Shown one piece after another: positions 60,592 through 64,000 of a stretch of 64,000 nucleotides of DNA. Below the pieces are notes generated by a model. The model searched no databases. It worked only from the letters and a program-made list of their open reading frames with translations, and was not told the DNA's origin. The DNA is taken from NCBI GenBank assembly GCA_040437565.1, contig JBDOQK010000027.1:248001-312000 (forward strand). Direction: 5' to 3'. The position numbers were made by a program, and so were the translations under genes. The DNA comes from Albugo candida. Its lineage: Eukaryota. How positions within the stretch are numbered: the stretch's first letter is position 1; the number at the start of each line of letters is the position of its first letter.

Positions 60592-63075
60592 ATGGACCAC
60601 TGAAGCGAGACGATCCAACATCTCGGACGTAATCGCTGGCGTTCCCTTCCGATAAAGCATCAGAAACAACTCCATCGCGACTCAAACTCACATTTGCTTG
60701 ACTCTTCCCAATAACAAGAATGAGGATTTTCTTTGCGTCTTTAAGAGATTCTCCAAGCGATATGATGAAATTCAGAACAAGCGCATGTAATGGAATCTAT
60801 ACATATCACAAGTGAGCGTCGTATCGCTATTTCCCAAAGCCAAACCTCGAGAGTGATCCCATCGAATTGGTGCTTTACCACCTCGTCGATAATTGTGTCA
60901 ACCACATCAGAAACATGAGCTTCGTCCCACGTTTGACGTTCGTAGATCACTCGTGGGACAATTTTCGCATCGGTTTGAGTTCTTCTCATCCAATCTTGAT
61001 CGACATCATGGGATCCTGTCAAGATGAATCCGTTGGATACATGGTCACGAATCTACAAATGAGATCAGCCTTTTGACCGACAAGGAGGTGGCTTAGGCTC
61101 ACCTGATACCAAACCGGGACGATATATGTCAGTGTTTTACGAAACCGTTCAGCCATGTCATAGCCTTGACCGTTCCATGGTGTCACGTATCCCAAAGTCT
61201 CCAGCGGAAATTTCTTTTCATGCTCAAAACGTGAAGAGGACGTTAACGACCGGGTGATGATTTCAGTGAAACTTCGCGTAAGTTTTGTATCGGTATTTCC
61301 TTTGCACTGCTCTGATTCATCGATACTGCAGGTCTCCGTATCGGCATTCGTCTATGCAAAGAGTGGTAAATCAGATGGAAGGCTGAGGATACGTCACAGA
61401 CACTTTGGAAGCGAGAAAGAGGTTGAAGCAGACAGATGCAAAGCAGAGAGTATTTCATTCGAAGAAGACTTCTATTTAGACAGATAATATCGACATACCC
61501 GACAATTACGACTTATTCGACATTATGGAAATGATGGAATATTGACCCAAATTAGTGCGATTGCTACGAGCATGTACGCAGTGATAAGCATGGATCCTTC
61601 GAGCCAATTGGATTTTCCATCGGCAATGATGGCGTACGCGATGATCACCGACATCATGTAGATCAATATCTCAAACTCTGGAAACGCTAATGTCATGGGT
61701 TGACCCATGATCCAACCAGCGATGACGACCACGGGTACAACAAAGAGAGAAACTTGAGTCGCGGAACCCACAGCCACACCCATCGCAAGTTCCATTTTAC
61801 CATTTCGTGCAACACGTATAGCGGTTACATGTTCCACTGCGTTTCCGATAATTGGTAATAATATGATACCCACAAATGATTTGCTCAGATTCATATTGGT
61901 TGTAAATCCATCGATGGAAGATACCAGAAACTCGGAAAATATGGACACGATTATGGTTGCCCCTAACAAAACGACCGCACTCGCTCGTTTCGATAGTTCC
62001 ACTTGCTCTTGCGTCCCTTCTTCTCCTTGAAATATATGTGAATGAGTATGTAGCTGAAAAATCAATAGTTGTGCATACATAAACAATAGAAATAATGCAG
62101 CGATTCGAGACAACGCCAATGTTCTTTTCATTTTCTCGTCCTGTGTCTCATGATCCGAGAAGTAATAAATGTACGATGGAAGAAGCATTGCGAAGCTTGC
62201 CAGCATCAACAGAGAGGAATTCGCACTGGCACCCACCGCATTAAATACATTCTCAGTAGTTGACATCCCACCAGCGATAAAACTGCATCCGAGTACAAGC
62301 AGTAGATTTGACAAAACTGAGCCAATTAATGAAGACTGCACGACCGCGATTTCTCCCTTACTGAGCGCGAGCACAGCCACAACCACTTCCACCGCGTTTC
62401 CAAATGTCGCGTTTACCAAGCCACCGATAGTTTCACCAGTGTGAATAGCCAGCGCTTCCGTTGCTTCACCCAGAACATTTGCCAGTGGTATCATTACAAT
62501 GAAATTGAGTGTGAAAATCCATGTATCGTTCCAATGCGCCACGTACGACCAGATAGCGAACGGCGCAAAGAATAGCAAGATATTCAGTCTGGATCCAAAT
62601 AATAGATTTTTTATAGCTGTTAAATCCGCTCTCCAGGACTGATGTATACTACTTCCCGATTCATAAGACGAACGCAACAAAGAGATGCGTTCCCGAGAAT
62701 TTTTTGCAAAACCGTGTAGATTCGACAATTCCGGTACGCTGCTTTCGTCCGCGCTGTTAGAACTTTGCTGCTGTCGAGCCTTACGAATTGACGCATTCGC
62801 TTGTCGTGTGTGCATTCTCAGCGACTCACGAAAGTGACTATTTCAAGCGAATGCGAAACAGTTCAGCGACAAGTGCGTATAGTATACACTCGCATGTCTT
62901 TTTGTCACCTTCCAATCGCTAAAAGCTGATTGAGGACTCGACATCAATAACATGAAATATTACGTTAGAGCACTGATAACAAGTATCAAATGGAATCATT
63001 GCAAACGGTTCCGATGCTGTGATGCGACCACTCCTGTCGGTCGCAGTACGACATGGCCTCAGCTCTAGATCCTAC
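60592..63075. repeat. Direct copy of 58008-60491 (5' part of CHID1 plus whole CAX) across an N gap; probable assembly artefact
   Basis: Offset 2584 nt; the ORF translations are identical in both copies, and the copies end and begin exactly at the gap edges. Confidence 0.9.
61523..62815 (-). CDS. CAX: CAX exchanger, second (probably artefactual) copy
   Basis: Identical 430 aa translation to 58939-60231. Confidence 0.5.
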   Translation of the reverse strand: MHTRQANASIRKARQQQSSNSADESSVPELSNLHGFAKNSRERISLLRSSYESGSSIHQSWRADLTAIKNLLFGSRLNILLFFAPFAIWSYVAHWNDTWIFTLNFIVMIPLANVLGEATEALAIHTGETIGGLVNATFGNAVEVVVAVLALSKGEIAVVQSSLIGSVLSNLLLVLGCSFIAGGMSTTENVFNAVGASANSSLLMLASFAMLLPSYIYYFSDHETQDEKMKRTLALSRIAALFLLFMYAQLLIFQLHTHSHIFQGEEGTQEQVELSKRASAVVLLGATIIVSIFSEFLVSSIDGFTTNMNLSKSFVGIILLPIIGNAVEHVTAIRVARNGKMELAMGVAVGSATQVSLFVVPVVVIAGWIMGQPMTLAFPEFEILIYMMSVIIAYAIIADGKSNWLEGSMLITAYMLVAIALIWVNIPSFP

Positions 63076-63604
63076 AGTCAAATTGGACGATACAAACTCA
63101 GAGAAACAACCTAACGTTTGTATAGGATTTTTTGCATTCCCTGATGGATCGCGTTACGGTTTGCACGCAATTTTGTATACGATCAGGTCCTCAACCTTGT
63201 ATGTATTTGATTAGAGGGCGAGTATATCGATGAGGATGAACGGATCTGCCGACACGGCAAAGGTACGTATGTAGTCGGACCAGAATCGTACGAAGGATAT
63301 TGGGAAAATGATGAAATGCATGGAATCGGAACTTATACTTTTGCAACGGGAGCGAGATATGAGGGAGAATTTCAACGAAACGAGTTTCTGGGAAATGGAT
63401 CCTATTACTGGCCCGATGGTGCCACATATCACGGCGCTTGGAACCATAACAGGTATGAGTACATGCATTTCCTATCGCATTGGCTCACTGTCCGATAGAA
63501 TGGATGGAAGCGGTGCATACAAAGATAAAGACGGGGTCGAATGGCGCGGCCAATTTGTTAATGGGAAATACAACAATGGAAGAATCTGTCATGTTTTACG
63601 ATGA
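63053..63604 (+). CDS. MORN-repeat protein (MORN2-like), 3 exons
   Basis: FPDGSRY|EGEY...RHGKGTY, YEGYWENDEMHGIGTYTFATGARYEGEF and YYWPDGATYHGAWNHNR|MDGSG; GT-AG introns near 63159-63213 and 63453-63498. Confidence 0.85.
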
Positions 63605-64000
63605 AAGTCGCTGGTTTCGATATACACAGGAAACTTCTTTGATTGACCTTTGCCAGGTGATGAGAGACTACTTGAATGCACTGATTTTTCCAATCTTTCC
63701 TTCTTCTGGCTGTTCCCCTCTCTTAAATCCTGGCGAGATCAGACAATCCGTCTCTTATAATAAATATGGGCTACTCCTGCAGTAATGACTGACTTTTTCC
63801 CCATTCTTATTACACCTTGCGCCATACCAAGATCACTTTGCAATAGCGAAATGCCCAATGAACCCGACAAGATCCTCAAAGCGTGAGAGCAGTTAAGTAC
63901 AATCATAGTAAGCGGTGTTGACAGCTAGTCGTCTCATATCAAACACAGTGCGTCACTTTACACTCTCCTTATTGTTCGACGTCGAATGTCTTTATGCTTG

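Noticed and set aside
58008-63075. Tandem duplication of CAX and CHID1
   Set aside because: The copies look identical even in introns and spacers and abut a 100-N gap, the same pattern as nine other gaps; best explained as an assembly artefact.
63605-64000. Possible gene end at the right edge
   Set aside because: No convincing reading frame or motif on either strand.

Overview
Gene-dense eukaryotic nuclear DNA with short GT-AG introns, very short intergenic spacers and twelve 100-N scaffold gaps. A Crinkler (LYLAK/HVLV) gene, INR/FPR-like core promoters and the overall compactness point to an oomycete, probably Albugo-like (inference, not a database match). In order, the window holds: a decayed Ty1/copia element; a BFR1-like coiled-coil protein; NAPRT; two tandem homocysteine S-methyltransferase paralogues; an ARM/ankyrin protein; an AP2-like protein; a COPI-associated membrane protein; a large hybrid histidine kinase (at least 12 PAS, HisKA, HATPase, REC, HPt); Era; WrbA; two orphan membrane proteins; RPF1; WAPL; a frameshifted CRN nuclease-kinase pseudogene; CDK20; CDC50; a FET-like RRM protein; a mitochondrial carrier; a PDZ-like protein; an ankyrin protein; a receptor-like type I membrane protein; a Ctr copper transporter fused to YHS/TRASH-like and HMA domains; TPS-TPP; CHID1; CAX; and a MORN protein. 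Ten of the twelve gaps are flanked by apparently identical direct repeats, so the apparent duplications (including the second CAX copy) are most likely assembly artefacts. The best leads are the Ctr fusion protein, the PAS-array kinase with its two-PAS higher-order repeat, the CRN nuclease-kinase, the HMT paralogue missing a zinc ligand, and a multi-stem intergenic element. All calls come from reading motifs by eye; no searches were run.
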